Virus record (IMG/VR): IMGVR_UViG_3300042879_003909
Span: 79,772-143,771 of that record
DNA from: a virus
Taxonomy: Duplodnaviria; Heunggongvirae; Uroviricota; Caudoviricetes
Length of the DNA stretch: 64,000 nt
Strand: one strand, 5' to 3'
Positions 1 to 9,374 of this stretch are shown piece after piece. Below the pieces are notes generated by a model. That model was not told where the DNA came from, did no database searches, and worked only from the letters and a program-made list of their open reading frames with translations. The position numbers and the translations under genes are program-made. Position 1 is the first letter of the stretch. Each line of letters begins with the position of its first letter.

Positions 1-16
1 GCAAATTGGTTTTAAT

Positions 17-1243
17 TTGATATTAAAAGAGACAGAAGTAATAGAAGAAGGTATATATAAAAATGTCGGTTTTTTAAATGAAGTAGAGCAGTTTTCTCAG
101 TGCTATCCTCAGTCTGGCCCGGCTAGAGTTTGTCCAGATCAAAATCAGCAGCCTTGTGAAACAATTGTTGTAAAAGCTAAAAAAAGATGCAGGAGCCCAA
201 TATATAATGGCTCATATCCCACTCAATATTTTGGTTCACAATTTGGACTTCATCACGATATATCAGAAAAATTATTTTTTCCTTATAAATGTCAGGGCGG
301 TAGATGTGCTCCGCCGCCTAATGGTGGGGGGGTAGCTACAAGGAAATGGGGACGCTGTAGACAATTTATTAATCATTATAATTTTGATCCATTTCCAGCA
401 TGGGCATACATGTCCTTAATTGATTCTAATGCAACCGGCAATCGAGTAAATAGTGATGAACTTATGTCCTTTAGGGAATCCTGTGACATATCTGTCTTTT
501 CAGATATATCTAGATATTTTCCTTTTGTTTTTAATTTCGGATATCAAAATGATTGTTATTCAAATTTTATTAGCGATGATCCATGTAATTTTTGCGCTTC
601 GTATGATGATGCTACCAAACAAATAATACAAAAATATAAAGTAATAAATACAGAAAGTGGCAGATTTTTTCCGCCAGAAGAAGTTATAAATAAAACTAAT
701 TATAAAAAAGTTTTTAGTCCATGTGATTTTACGCATTATTTACTTGATGGATATTCTTGTGATCTTTCAGATACTTCTGGTATAGGTATTAGAAGCAGAA
801 AATATACCGTTTTCTCTAGTATTCCGTCTACTAATGGATTAGATTGGTTAACATATATATTTGGTAAGCAATTAGGTATTCCTGTTACAGGACTTGGTCT
901 TGGAACAATAAGAGGGACAGTTGTTAATGGGTGTCCATCATATGCTATATATCCACCTTCGCCGTTTTATAATCTAATATCTGGCGGATGGGGCAACGCA
1001 AATTTAAACTTTATTAAGTTTCAAGATCGCCCACCTCCTTGGCCAACTGTTAGTTGTCAAAATGAAAATACAATTTGCACTAAAACTTTTGCAGAATTTC
1101 CTAATTTAGATTGGCAACCAATTGAAAAAAGTAATGGAGCAATAACTACTGGTTTAACTTGGACAATAACTCCTGTTCAAATTAATCCTATCGAAATACC
1201 AATACCTCCGCCTACATTTATAGAGGTTATATATGAAAAATAA
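17..1243 (+). CDS. Cys-rich hypothetical protein (408 aa), possibly a virion or fibre protein; may be 5'-truncated by the window edge
   Basis: Long plus-strand ORF with many Cys, a PPPNGGG stretch and several GGW/PPW motifs; no catalytic motif recognised. It leads the plus-strand module that ends at the bidirectional terminator at ~2.6 kb. Confidence 0.4.
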   Translation: MILKETEVIEEGIYKNVGFLNEVEQFSQCYPQSGPARVCPDQNQQPCETIVVKAKKRCRSPIYNGSYPTQYFGSQFGLHHDISEKLFFPYKCQGGRCAPPPNGGGVATRKWGRCRQFINHYNFDPFPAWAYMSLIDSNATGNRVNSDELMSFRESCDISVFSDISRYFPFVFNFGYQNDCYSNFISDDPCNFCASYDDATKQIIQKYKVINTESGRFFPPEEVINKTNYKKVFSPCDFTHYLLDGYSCDLSDTSGIGIRSRKYTVFSSIPSTNGLDWLTYIFGKQLGIPVTGLGLGTIRGTVVNGCPSYAIYPPSPFYNLISGGWGNANLNFIKFQDRPPPWPTVSCQNENTICTKTFAEFPNLDWQPIEKSNGAITTGLTWTITPVQINPIEIPIPPPTFIEVIYEK

Positions 1244-1619
1244 TTGTAAGTTTTGTTATGCCGAGAATAGTATAAATGATTGCAGATGTAATATGTGCGG
1301 AACAATAGTTTGTCATGAAGAACCTAAAAATAGCCCTGCTCCATCATTGCTTAAAAAAGTTCAAAATTTTACTAAATCTGTAGTCAATCATGTAGCTAAC
1401 GGAATGGAAAATGTTTCTAGCTCGGTTAAAGAAGAGCGAATGTCTATTTGCCGGGCTTGTCCATTTTTTAATCAAACAGACCCTAAAAATCCTACCTGTA
1501 ATAAGTGTGGCTGCTATTTAGAGATAAAAACCGGCTGGGCTAGCGAAAAGTGCCCAGAAGGCAAGTGGCATGACATAAAAACGGCGTCTGCTGGTGGTTG
1601 TGGCTGTAATAAATCTTAA
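1233..1619 (+). CDS. zinc-ribbon protein (128 aa)
   Basis: Multiple CxxC pairs (CKFCY..CRCNMCG; CRACPF..CNKCGC; CPEGKWH...CGC); start overlaps the upstream stop (ATGA-type coupling). Confidence 0.4.
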   Translation: MKNNCKFCYAENSINDCRCNMCGTIVCHEEPKNSPAPSLLKKVQNFTKSVVNHVANGMENVSSSVKEERMSICRACPFFNQTDPKNPTCNKCGCYLEIKTGWASEKCPEGKWHDIKTASAGGCGCNKS

Positions 1620-1663
1620 TTTGTGTATAATAATATGACTTTTCCCTATAGGAGATAAAATAA

Positions 1664-2572
1664 ATGGCAGAAATTACATTTGGAACATATTCTACAGCAA
1701 ACTTGGCGGGGTCAGGACTAGGATTCTATGGCTCTACCTTTGGCAGTTCTGTACAAATTGGTGCATATAATCAGTCTACTTTCATTACTAATGCTAATGG
1801 TACGACTAACGGCGGAAATACCTTTAATAACCGATATACAGCAGCGGCTTCCGGCGAGCCACACGGTACTGGTAGTGGAATTCCCTTAATTCGTATTAAT
1901 GGGTATCATCGTACTTTGGATATTAATTTTGATCATACTACACCCGTAAATGTTCAAAATGTCCAGTTTAGAGTTTATGACCGTACCAATATTAATAACC
2001 CGGCCTCTGGGGTAAATACAAAAGTGGCTGAATTGGTTAATTTTAATGGGCAATCCTATAGTTCTTGGCTATCTACACCGGGCGATGCTAATACGGCTAA
2101 TGACGCTGTTGGCGGCTCTCCTAGAGGCTCTGGCGACCTAGTATGGTGGGGCGATCCTTGGCCTACTTCTCATGTATCTCAGGGCTATTACGAAAACAGT
2201 TCAGGGATTAGATTTTTGAATGGTAGAGTTGCTGACTCTGTTACCAATGGAGACTCTAGATTAGCTGGCGTTGCTGGCGCTGACGATACTGTTGGAGGAA
2301 CTGGTGTTATTGTACCTCTATTAAACAGCCCCGGTTCTGGGCAGAGATTCTTGAGTCCAGAATATGATACTGCATTTAAGCCAAAGTGGTTACAGTACTA
2401 TAATACATCTAATCCAGATGTTCCAAATATTGGGGTAAATACTACCACTAGAACCTTCGGCGGTACTGGCGTAGACAGAAGACACACTTGGAGACTGGCT
2501 TTAAGTGCTACTCCATTGAGTGTCGGAAGCAAGGAACAGTTCGCAGCTTATGTGAGCCTAGAATATCTTTGA
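1664..2572 (+). CDS. Gly/Asn/Thr-rich hypothetical protein, putative structural (302 aa)
   Basis: AGGAGA RBS 8-9 nt upstream of ATG; TATAAT-like box (gtataataat) ~35 nt upstream; composition G/N/T/S-rich with C-ending codons typical of abundant virion proteins; followed by a hairpin terminator. Confidence 0.45.
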   Translation: MAEITFGTYSTANLAGSGLGFYGSTFGSSVQIGAYNQSTFITNANGTTNGGNTFNNRYTAAASGEPHGTGSGIPLIRINGYHRTLDINFDHTTPVNVQNVQFRVYDRTNINNPASGVNTKVAELVNFNGQSYSSWLSTPGDANTANDAVGGSPRGSGDLVWWGDPWPTSHVSQGYYENSSGIRFLNGRVADSVTNGDSRLAGVAGADDTVGGTGVIVPLLNSPGSGQRFLSPEYDTAFKPKWLQYYNTSNPDVPNIGVNTTTRTFGGTGVDRRHTWRLALSATPLSVGSKEQFAAYVSLEYL

Positions 2573-2595
2573 TCCATATTCGTCTTTAGTGCCAT

Positions 2596-2635
2596 AAAAA
2601 AGGGGGGATTTTTAAGTCCCCCCTTTCCTTTTATA
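2596..2635. terminator. bidirectional rho-independent terminator between convergent genes
   Basis: Hairpin AAAGGGGGG(2599-2607) / CCCCCCTTT(2618-2626) with a 10-nt loop, flanked by an A-run on the left and TTTCCTTTT on the right; sits between the plus ORF ending at 2572 and the minus ORF ending at 2637. Confidence 0.7.
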
Positions 2636-2636
2636 T

Positions 2637-3035
2637 TTATTGCTGCTTCTTATACTTGTGCCAGCCGTTAAATCCTCGTTCTACATCCTTGTCTTCTTCA
2701 CTAGGACGCTTTGGGAACAGGTTATCGGTGCCATCATCAAGAACACCAAAGCTCTTCTTATACCACATAAGTTCGCCAGAAGTGACTACCTTTTCGAAGT
2801 ATTCGGCTTCCTTTTCCTTGCCCTTTTCATCAACATACTTAGCTTTACGCACTCGGTATGTTACATCTCCGCCAGACACTACCTTTTCTCCAATCTTGGC
2901 GGCAGGAGTATCTTCATAAATTTCTTGAAACCGGGCCAGTTTGCGAAACATTTCCTTGTCATTAGCCGCATCAAATTCAACAGTCATTCTTCCATCTTTG
3001 GTTGTGTAACTCAATTTCATTCTACATTTCTCCAA
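2637..3035 (-). CDS. hypothetical K/E-rich protein in a locally GC-elevated segment
   Basis: ORF with ~45% GC (hand count on 2640-2760) and AAG-preferring Lys codons, unlike the AT-rich glycosyltransferase genes; no motif recognised. Confidence 0.45.
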   Translation of the reverse strand: MEKCRMKLSYTTKDGRMTVEFDAANDKEMFRKLARFQEIYEDTPAAKIGEKVVSGGDVTYRVRKAKYVDEKGKEKEAEYFEKVVTSGELMWYKKSFGVLDDGTDNLFPKRPSEEDKDVERGFNGWHKYKKQQ

Positions 3036-3769
3036 TTCTTGTCATAACCCTTAAAACTATCAGGAGTAGGCTTGCTATTATTTTGAAAATCATTAATCAT
3101 AGTCAAAATATTAGAAGCTTCCTTCTTACTTACCTCATTAATATTTGTATATTTCTTAGATCCATTATTTAAAATAGACCAGACATTTAAATTTAGCTCT
3201 AGACATTTCTTATCCAAGAAATTAATCTGAGCGCTCGTAATCTTATCTTTGTCGCTAATTTCTCCGGTAGTAGCCACATCGACCTTAACGGTCGCTTTTA
3301 CTACTGCTTCTACGTCTTTCTTGCGGGTTAATTCTTCAGCAGCCAAGCATCGAATTTTTAGAGCTTTACGAAGGGCTCTACCTTCGGCCCTAGTAGACGC
3401 TGTAGCAACTGGATGGGCACAGAATAGATCGTCCGTGTTTCCGTGCCATACGTCGGCTACTTCCTTGTATGTTCTAGTTTGCTCTGTTCCAAGCCATTTA
3501 TCGAAAACAACTTCAAACACTACGGTAGCACGGCCGGGGCCATTTACATCCGTTGCTGCAAAAACTTGACATGGGCCACTATAAACAATATCGCCCAAGA
3601 TTTCTTCTGCTACACGCCTAAGTCCGGCACATGTAGGACTACCTTCTACAAGCTCGGTAGGATCGAAAAGACTCATTACATACTGGTGCCATTCTTTTGA
3701 TCCGTAGAGAGGACCAGATTGTTCTGACACGATTACATCACCACCAACATCAAACATTGTTTCTTCCAT
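3017..3769 (-). CDS. hypothetical protein with a GC-rich N-terminal domain (~3240-3769) and an AT-rich K/N-rich C-terminal tail
   Basis: 250-aa ORF whose composition changes abruptly mid-gene; no catalytic motif recognised. Confidence 0.45.
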   Translation of the reverse strand: MEETMFDVGGDVIVSEQSGPLYGSKEWHQYVMSLFDPTELVEGSPTCAGLRRVAEEILGDIVYSGPCQVFAATDVNGPGRATVVFEVVFDKWLGTEQTRTYKEVADVWHGNTDDLFCAHPVATASTRAEGRALRKALKIRCLAAEELTRKKDVEAVVKATVKVDVATTGEISDKDKITSAQINFLDKKCLELNLNVWSILNNGSKKYTNINEVSKKEASNILTMINDFQNNSKPTPDSFKGYDKNWRNVE

Positions 3770-3772
3770 TTT

Positions 3773-4516
3773 TTAAACCTCAATTAAACCAGACAACTTA
3801 CCAGACTCGATTTCCTTGATGACCTTACTAAGCTTGTTCCATGTATCTCTTTTGTTTTTTAGAGAACAGCTTTTCGCGCCATACTTAATTCTAACAACAT
3901 GGATGCCTTTTGACAAGAGCAATCCATTTTTTATTGTATCTTGTTTGATTGTCTTTTGCAATTTTTCTTCGCCAAAAATAGGCATAAAATGAAGAGGTCC
4001 ATCTATTTCTATAGCGACTTTTAGATCTTTCAAAAATAAATCGACCTTGTAATCTCCGCCTATATTGTCTTTATAGATAGTAACATTATATCCAGCAGAA
4101 GTCAACATTTTTCTTATATATTTTTCTATTTTGGAGCCATCAATAGAAGCTTTTCTAAGGGCTTCTCCGGCTTTTGTTTGCCTCTCATGTTTTTCATTAT
4201 CCGACAAAGACTCCCATCTTTCTTTCGCCATTTCTGAGAACTTTTCTTTTTTGTTTTTGGGCATCTTTTTCCATGCCGCATGTCTTTTTTCCGAGATTAA
4301 ATTTTTAGTACTTTCTTTAAGATTTTTGCCCCGGGTAGGATGGGCAGACCTGCCTCTAGCAATAGCTAGTGATTGAGACTCTTGATAGCTTCTTCTTTGA
4401 ATATTATGTTTTTTTAATATACGATAAATTTTAATCGGATATGTAGAAAATTCTTCCGCGATTTCCGGGACGCTTTTTCCAGATTCATATGCTTTAATTA
4501 TTTTAAGCTCATCCAT
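3773..4516 (-). CDS. free-standing endonuclease-like protein: N-terminal HTH plus C-terminal DUF559/Vsr-like endonuclease domain (putative homing endonuclease)
   Basis: C-terminal module DYKVDLFLKDLKVAIEIDGPLHF...GIHVVRIKYG matches the D-F/Y...IEIDG..H...RF pattern shared with ORFs 22185-23072 and 34862-35365; N-terminal helix-turn-helix-like segment (SVPEIAEEF..IYRILKK). Confidence 0.5.
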   Translation of the reverse strand: MDELKIIKAYESGKSVPEIAEEFSTYPIKIYRILKKHNIQRRSYQESQSLAIARGRSAHPTRGKNLKESTKNLISEKRHAAWKKMPKNKKEKFSEMAKERWESLSDNEKHERQTKAGEALRKASIDGSKIEKYIRKMLTSAGYNVTIYKDNIGGDYKVDLFLKDLKVAIEIDGPLHFMPIFGEEKLQKTIKQDTIKNGLLLSKGIHVVRIKYGAKSCSLKNKRDTWNKLSKVIKEIESGKLSGLIEV

Positions 4517-4964
4517 TTACTATCTCCAATAATTTACTTGATTGCCAGTCTGACATAATATCTTTTACTTTAATATTTGCATAGTTCTGTATCATATCTG
4601 CATGATCTATGCTTCTAGCCACAATTCTTATGGATGGGTCTCTTAGTATCCTCATATTTTCTTCAAAGTCTTGAGCAGACCTCAGCCATTCTAGATCGTA
4701 GAGATACAAATATTTCTTTGCTACGCTATTAATCTTCTTTAGCGTATTGGCTGTTTGTAAACTAGTGGCAAATATATGACCATCCCAATACGGCAAATAG
4801 TAGGAATTAATAATCGCAAAATTCATATTAATCGGGGGCGGTGCTAAATTGTGGTAAAAACAGCACGTAGACACCTTATTACTGGATAGTTTATTAAACT
4901 CTCTAATCATGAAATAAGAATTTTGAGAAATAGAAATGTCATCTAAAAATGAAGCTATTTTCAT
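4509..4964 (-). CDS. hypothetical protein (first gene of the glycan cluster)
   Basis: ORF only; co-oriented and overlapping its neighbours. Confidence 0.3.
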   Translation of the reverse strand: MKIASFLDDISISQNSYFMIREFNKLSSNKVSTCCFYHNLAPPPINMNFAIINSYYLPYWDGHIFATSLQTANTLKKINSVAKKYLYLYDLEWLRSAQDFEENMRILRDPSIRIVARSIDHADMIQNYANIKVKDIMSDWQSSKLLEIVNG

Positions 4965-4965
4965 T

Positions 4966-5823
4966 TTATTCTCCTAGTATTTTATTTATTATAAAATTTG
5001 CTGTAGCCGATGGGCTTAAATTGTTTTCCCAAAACTTCCTATGGCTAGTAGATAGTTCTTGCAGCGTAGGAGATAATAACAATTTATCGATATATTTGCT
5101 AGACCATGTAGGCACACAAAAATGAGGACTGTCCTTCATAAATTCATAGTTGTTTTGATATATACACATTACTATACATCCGCACTGCATGGCTTCGTAA
5201 AATCTAAAAGTATCTAGGCTAGCAGACCCCCAAGGAACTAATGCAATTTTTGTATCGCTCATTACGCTAGAATAAACCTCCGGGCCTAATCCCTTATTCC
5301 AGCCTTCATAGAAATGAATAAAAGAGCCGGGCCTATCTTTGTACGAACTAGCAAATTGAAAAAATTCCTGTCTAGTGTATGGATCATATTGTCCAATAAA
5401 AGAAACATCATACTTACGTTCTTTGATAGGTTTTTCTGCCGTACCAGTAAACCAAGACGTTGAACCTAGTTGTAGCTCAACAAGCTTAGGATGCTGTATA
5501 AAATGGCCGGGCGAAAATATTACGCTTAAATCCTTGCTTTTCTTTGGTAAATAATTCATGAATACGGCGGCTACTTCTGAAAAAGAGGTTTCCGGCGGAA
5601 AATATGAATGTCCTTCGGCAGATAGTATAACAACAATAGCATATTTTGTTACGATATTAAAAACTGGCTGTTCATGTCTTCTAACATAAAGTCCCCAGCT
5701 ATCATCGAAAGTTTGAGTTAATTTTTCATATATTTCCGACACATGTTTCGATTCACACGTATCGGGCGTTTGATTAAAAATTTTCATTAAAATATTCCTT
5801 TCGCCATTTTCTTCCGCCAGCAA
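4966..5823 (-). CDS. exostosin-like (GT47-like) glycosyltransferase
   Basis: C-terminal motif LVPWGSASLDTFRFYEAMQCGCIVM resembles the exostosin/GT-B signature (S..R..EAL..GCIPV). Confidence 0.5.
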   Translation of the reverse strand: MLAEENGERNILMKIFNQTPDTCESKHVSEIYEKLTQTFDDSWGLYVRRHEQPVFNIVTKYAIVVILSAEGHSYFPPETSFSEVAAVFMNYLPKKSKDLSVIFSPGHFIQHPKLVELQLGSTSWFTGTAEKPIKERKYDVSFIGQYDPYTRQEFFQFASSYKDRPGSFIHFYEGWNKGLGPEVYSSVMSDTKIALVPWGSASLDTFRFYEAMQCGCIVMCIYQNNYEFMKDSPHFCVPTWSSKYIDKLLLSPTLQELSTSHRKFWENNLSPSATANFIINKILGE

Positions 5824-6535
5824 AGTGTCTAATTACGGTATCTATCGACCTAGTTGGAATCATGTAAAACTTATCTTCCCCATCTTCTGATGGAACGTGT
5901 GTTACATTCCATACCGAGGGCAAGATTTCTACATTATGGTATAGCTCTTGTAGACTGTATATAGTATCTTCATCGACCGAAGAATGCCAGCCCCAATGCT
6001 TCATTAAAATAAAAGGTGTCCAGCTATGCCTTTGAATTCCTGCTAAACTATACCATGATGCCTGTTCTGTAAAAATATGCCAAAAAGAGCTTTGTTCTCC
6101 CATTGAGCCAGTAGTAATTTTATCGTTGAGTTTCTGATATCTTTTTTCCGATAAAATGTTTTCTATTAAGTCATAGCTCCAGTCATTTAGTGACAATGTA
6201 TAGGCTCCCATACAATGCGTATTACATGAATCTATGGCATAAGCAAAGCTTTTACATGTTTGAAATGGTACAGAATGATCTACTATAGCCATATCTGCAT
6301 CTATTTGTGTTACAATATCTCCTTCTTTTAAAAATTCATTTTTTACCATTTGTTGAATATTATAAAATTTATTCCATACAAACGATCCCCTAAAAGGTTT
6401 TTCTGTGTGGCCATATTCTATATATTCAAAATTATGTTTTAAGCAATATTTTTTGTTATTATTACGAGTATACTTTTCATAAAAATCTTGTCGCCAATCA
6501 TTATATGCAGCTACTACAATTAGGTATTTTTTCAT
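5774..6535 (-). CDS. GT-A fold nucleotide-sugar transferase (GMA12/MNN10- or GT34-like)
   Basis: YCLKHNFEYIEY and a DxD-type motif IDADMAIVD; N-terminal hydrophobic start. Confidence 0.4.
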   Translation of the reverse strand: MKKYLIVVAAYNDWRQDFYEKYTRNNNKKYCLKHNFEYIEYGHTEKPFRGSFVWNKFYNIQQMVKNEFLKEGDIVTQIDADMAIVDHSVPFQTCKSFAYAIDSCNTHCMGAYTLSLNDWSYDLIENILSEKRYQKLNDKITTGSMGEQSSFWHIFTEQASWYSLAGIQRHSWTPFILMKHWGWHSSVDEDTIYSLQELYHNVEILPSVWNVTHVPSEDGEDKFYMIPTRSIDTVIRHFAGGRKWRKEYFNENF

Positions 6536-6539
6536 ATTA

Positions 6540-7211
6540 TTAGTCTTGTATAGATGTTTTAAAGTTATTTTGCTTACATATGTATGGGATAGTATGATAT
6601 ACTTTAAAATTATTTACATAAAATATGTGGTTTAATTGCCAATCCCAAGATAAATGAAATTTCTTAAATGTATTTAATATTTTTATGGCTGTTTCTTTTT
6701 TGAAGATCATTGAGGAGGTCGTGTTAGTTGCTGGATGCTTAGCTAATAAAAAATTATCAATCATACATTCGTATTTACATAAAGAATGATCAAACGCCCC
6801 GCCTATTACGATAACATCCCAGTCGAATGGACATGATTTAGCTAATGATTCTATCATTTTTTCAGATGTGCCATTTAAAAACAAACAGTCATCCTCTAAA
6901 ATCATAGCATATTCATTATCTGAAGCAGCTAATTTTTTTAAAATTTCTACATGTTTAATCATCAAAGATATTTCTGAATCTTTTAGTATTCTATATTCAC
7001 CGCCTCCACACTTATTTTTTGTTATCTTAGCTGTTTCTTCAAATTTTTGTCGATCTGCCTCATAATACTCGCTTATAATTTCTTTAGTTAAATCTTCTCT
7101 ATCATAATTTTCAATTAATTCTATATCGCTAGCACCTATTTTACTTAACTCCTGTAGTATATATTGTTTTCTTTCTTTTAGTTTTGTATAGTGGGCTACA
7201 TATATTTTCAT
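6540..7211 (-). CDS. glycosyltransferase family 25-like
   Basis: N-terminus MKIYVAHYTKLKERKQYILQEL resembles the GT25 start (IYVINL..s.eRr); DDC acidic motif (ILEDDCLF). Confidence 0.45.
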   Translation of the reverse strand: MKIYVAHYTKLKERKQYILQELSKIGASDIELIENYDREDLTKEIISEYYEADRQKFEETAKITKNKCGGGEYRILKDSEISLMIKHVEILKKLAASDNEYAMILEDDCLFLNGTSEKMIESLAKSCPFDWDVIVIGGAFDHSLCKYECMIDNFLLAKHPATNTTSSMIFKKETAIKILNTFKKFHLSWDWQLNHIFYVNNFKVYHTIPYICKQNNFKTSIQD

Positions 7212-7843
7212 TATTTTTCCTGCTTTGTAAATAGAACATTTCCCATGTCCATGTATTGTAAATCTTCAAAGATCACTTTAAATCCATTATCCAGTAACCA
7301 ATTTTTATATTCTGGATATTTTACTACTCCATCATATGTATCAATTAAAGAAACTTCGGTATACAAGAATTTTATTTTAGACATAGCTAATGGAGAGTTT
7401 TTTAACAATATTGGCTCATATCCCTGCATATCTAGCCAAGCTAAGTCGATATGATCAATATTATTTGATTTAATCCAGTCGTCTAAACACAAAGTTTTAA
7501 CTTTTTCTGTTGATTTAAATGTTATTTCTTTATGAAACCATAAATGATCTTTTGGTGGCAATAAAGACGAAGATCCCCAGCTTTCATTAAATCTATCGCT
7601 AATATGTAGCTCTTCATATCCATCTATATAACTAAGAGCAGCTTTTTTTAAAGTTACATTTTTGTAATTTTTTGTTTTTGCTAATGCTTGCAAGTACAAA
7701 TTATCCAATGGCTCAAAACCATATATTTTACCTAGTGGAAAATTTTCAGCAAAAAATAAAGTATCACTACCATCCGCTACGCCAGCTTCTAGTATTGTAC
7801 AGTTTTCTACAAGACTTCTTAAAATCCAATGTTGAATATTCAT
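7211..7843 (-). CDS. FkbM-family SAM-dependent methyltransferase
   Basis: ILEAGVADGSDTLFF (GANDG-like) and LAWLDMQGYEPILL (DxEGxE-like) motifs. Confidence 0.55.
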   Translation of the reverse strand: MNIQHWILRSLVENCTILEAGVADGSDTLFFAENFPLGKIYGFEPLDNLYLQALAKTKNYKNVTLKKAALSYIDGYEELHISDRFNESWGSSSLLPPKDHLWFHKEITFKSTEKVKTLCLDDWIKSNNIDHIDLAWLDMQGYEPILLKNSPLAMSKIKFLYTEVSLIDTYDGVVKYPEYKNWLLDNGFKVIFEDLQYMDMGNVLFTKQEK

Positions 7844-7855
7844 TAAAATTCCTTA

Positions 7856-8521
7856 TCAAATAATATTATCATAATCCATATATAAAGCATCATTTATTGA
7901 TAATCTATCTATCAATTTATAATTTTTAGACTTCATATATTCTTCAGTAAAACACCTATAATATTCCAGAGATGTTGTTTCCATTAATATAAATTTTGGT
8001 CTTACGCGATCAAAATCAAGCCCATTTAAAACTTCTATCTCGTATCCTTCTACGTCTAAACTAAAAAAATCAACGGTTTGTATGTTATGTTTATTTAATA
8101 AATATTGTAGCGTACAACAATTTATACTGACTGCATTAGATATATTTTCTGACTTAAACTTATTGTGCCAGAAAATCATTTCTTCATCAAAATATTCAGG
8201 AATATCGTTAATAGAATTCATTAAACCGTTATGTGATGGATTATCAAAATTTCCTTTAACAGTAGAATCTTTATAATTTGAGTTTACTAATGCATAATTT
8301 TCATGAATACATTTTGGTCTATTTGTTTTACATTTTAAATAATTTGTTGTTCCAGCTTCAATTAAAAGCCCTCGCCAATTTAATTTCTGTTCTAATAATA
8401 AAGTGTTAGATTGAGTGATGCCATCATTTGCTCCACATTCAATAAAAAAACCATCCTTGTAATTTAAATATTTTAATAATTTTTCGTCTATTTCGTGCAA
8501 GCTATGCATATTGTTCACCAT
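7856..8521 (-). CDS. FkbM-family methyltransferase
   Basis: FFIECGANDGITQSN and FFSLDVEGYEIEVLNG motifs. Confidence 0.6.
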   Translation of the reverse strand: MVNNMHSLHEIDEKLLKYLNYKDGFFIECGANDGITQSNTLLLEQKLNWRGLLIEAGTTNYLKCKTNRPKCIHENYALVNSNYKDSTVKGNFDNPSHNGLMNSINDIPEYFDEEMIFWHNKFKSENISNAVSINCCTLQYLLNKHNIQTVDFFSLDVEGYEIEVLNGLDFDRVRPKFILMETTSLEYYRCFTEEYMKSKNYKLIDRLSINDALYMDYDNII

Positions 8522-8525
8522 TCAA

Positions 8526-9374
8526 TTATTTGATTAATAAATTTTTAATTTTATTTTTGATTGATTGTAAATTAAAATCTGTATTTACTAGTGGTTCATT
8601 TATAATCTCATTATATAATTCATTATCATTATCTATCTTTATAACAAAATTTTTAAGATCTTCTAAAGATTCAAAGTCTCTAACATCTATAAAGCATTTT
8701 TTATTAAAATCTAAATGAACTTTTTGGTCAGCCCAGTATATCGGAATTGTACCGGCAGTTTTAGCGTGTAGTAATTTTTCTGTATAATATCCGTCATAGA
8801 TTGAGTTTTCTGGACATATAGAAAATTTATACATAGATAGTTTTTGATATTTGTCTAATTCTCCTTCTGTATGATTGCCAAAAGGTCTACCGTATCCATC
8901 CACTTTTTTATATGCTGACAAAGTATTGAATAAGTCATATCTTAATTGTCTAGGAGAACTAAATACTGTTGCGCAAAACTTAGTTTTAGGCGTTCTTATA
9001 AATTCGTTATCGTTTATTTTTGATGGGTGTATTAGATATTGCGGATTAGTATACGTCTCTACATTAAACCAATCTATATACAGATGATATAAAGGTATCC
9101 TAATGTTTTTTCCACCATATGAATCAAAATCAAATGTAAAAGAATAATCACATTCATCAAAGTTTGGCCTAATATTTTCTCCAGTATAAAAAATTTTTTT
9201 AGTATTGTTTCTATTGATAGCATGATGATTATTACCAAAACAAGAATATATAATATAATTGCATTGCTGCACGGGAGCTAGTTGTACATCTCCAAATATT
9301 TCTCTGAACAGATTTATGAAAAAATTATTATTAACATCAAATCCGCCCCAAAAATCTAAAAAATTAATTTTCAT
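8526..9374 (-). CDS. GT10 alpha-1,3-fucosyltransferase-like glycosyltransferase
   Basis: Canonical GT10 motif YKFSICPENSIYDGYYTEKLLHAKTAGTIPIY (compare YKFYLAFENS..GYVTEKfw). Confidence 0.6.
   Translation of the reverse strand: MKINFLDFWGGFDVNNNFFINLFREIFGDVQLAPVQQCNYIIYSCFGNNHHAINRNNTKKIFYTGENIRPNFDECDYSFTFDFDSYGGKNIRIPLYHLYIDWFNVETYTNPQYLIHPSKINDNEFIRTPKTKFCATVFSSPRQLRYDLFNTLSAYKKVDGYGRPFGNHTEGELDKYQKLSMYKFSICPENSIYDGYYTEKLLHAKTAGTIPIYWADQKVHLDFNKKCFIDVRDFESLEDLKNFVIKIDNDNELYNEIINEPLVNTDFNLQSIKNKIKNLLIK

Noticed and set aside
3249-3700. Plus-strand ORFs 3249-3569 and 3443-3700 antisense to the 3017-3769 gene
   Set aside because: They lie inside the locally GC-rich segment where stop codons are rare on all frames; low-complexity S/T/A translations with no start context. 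Shadow ORFs.
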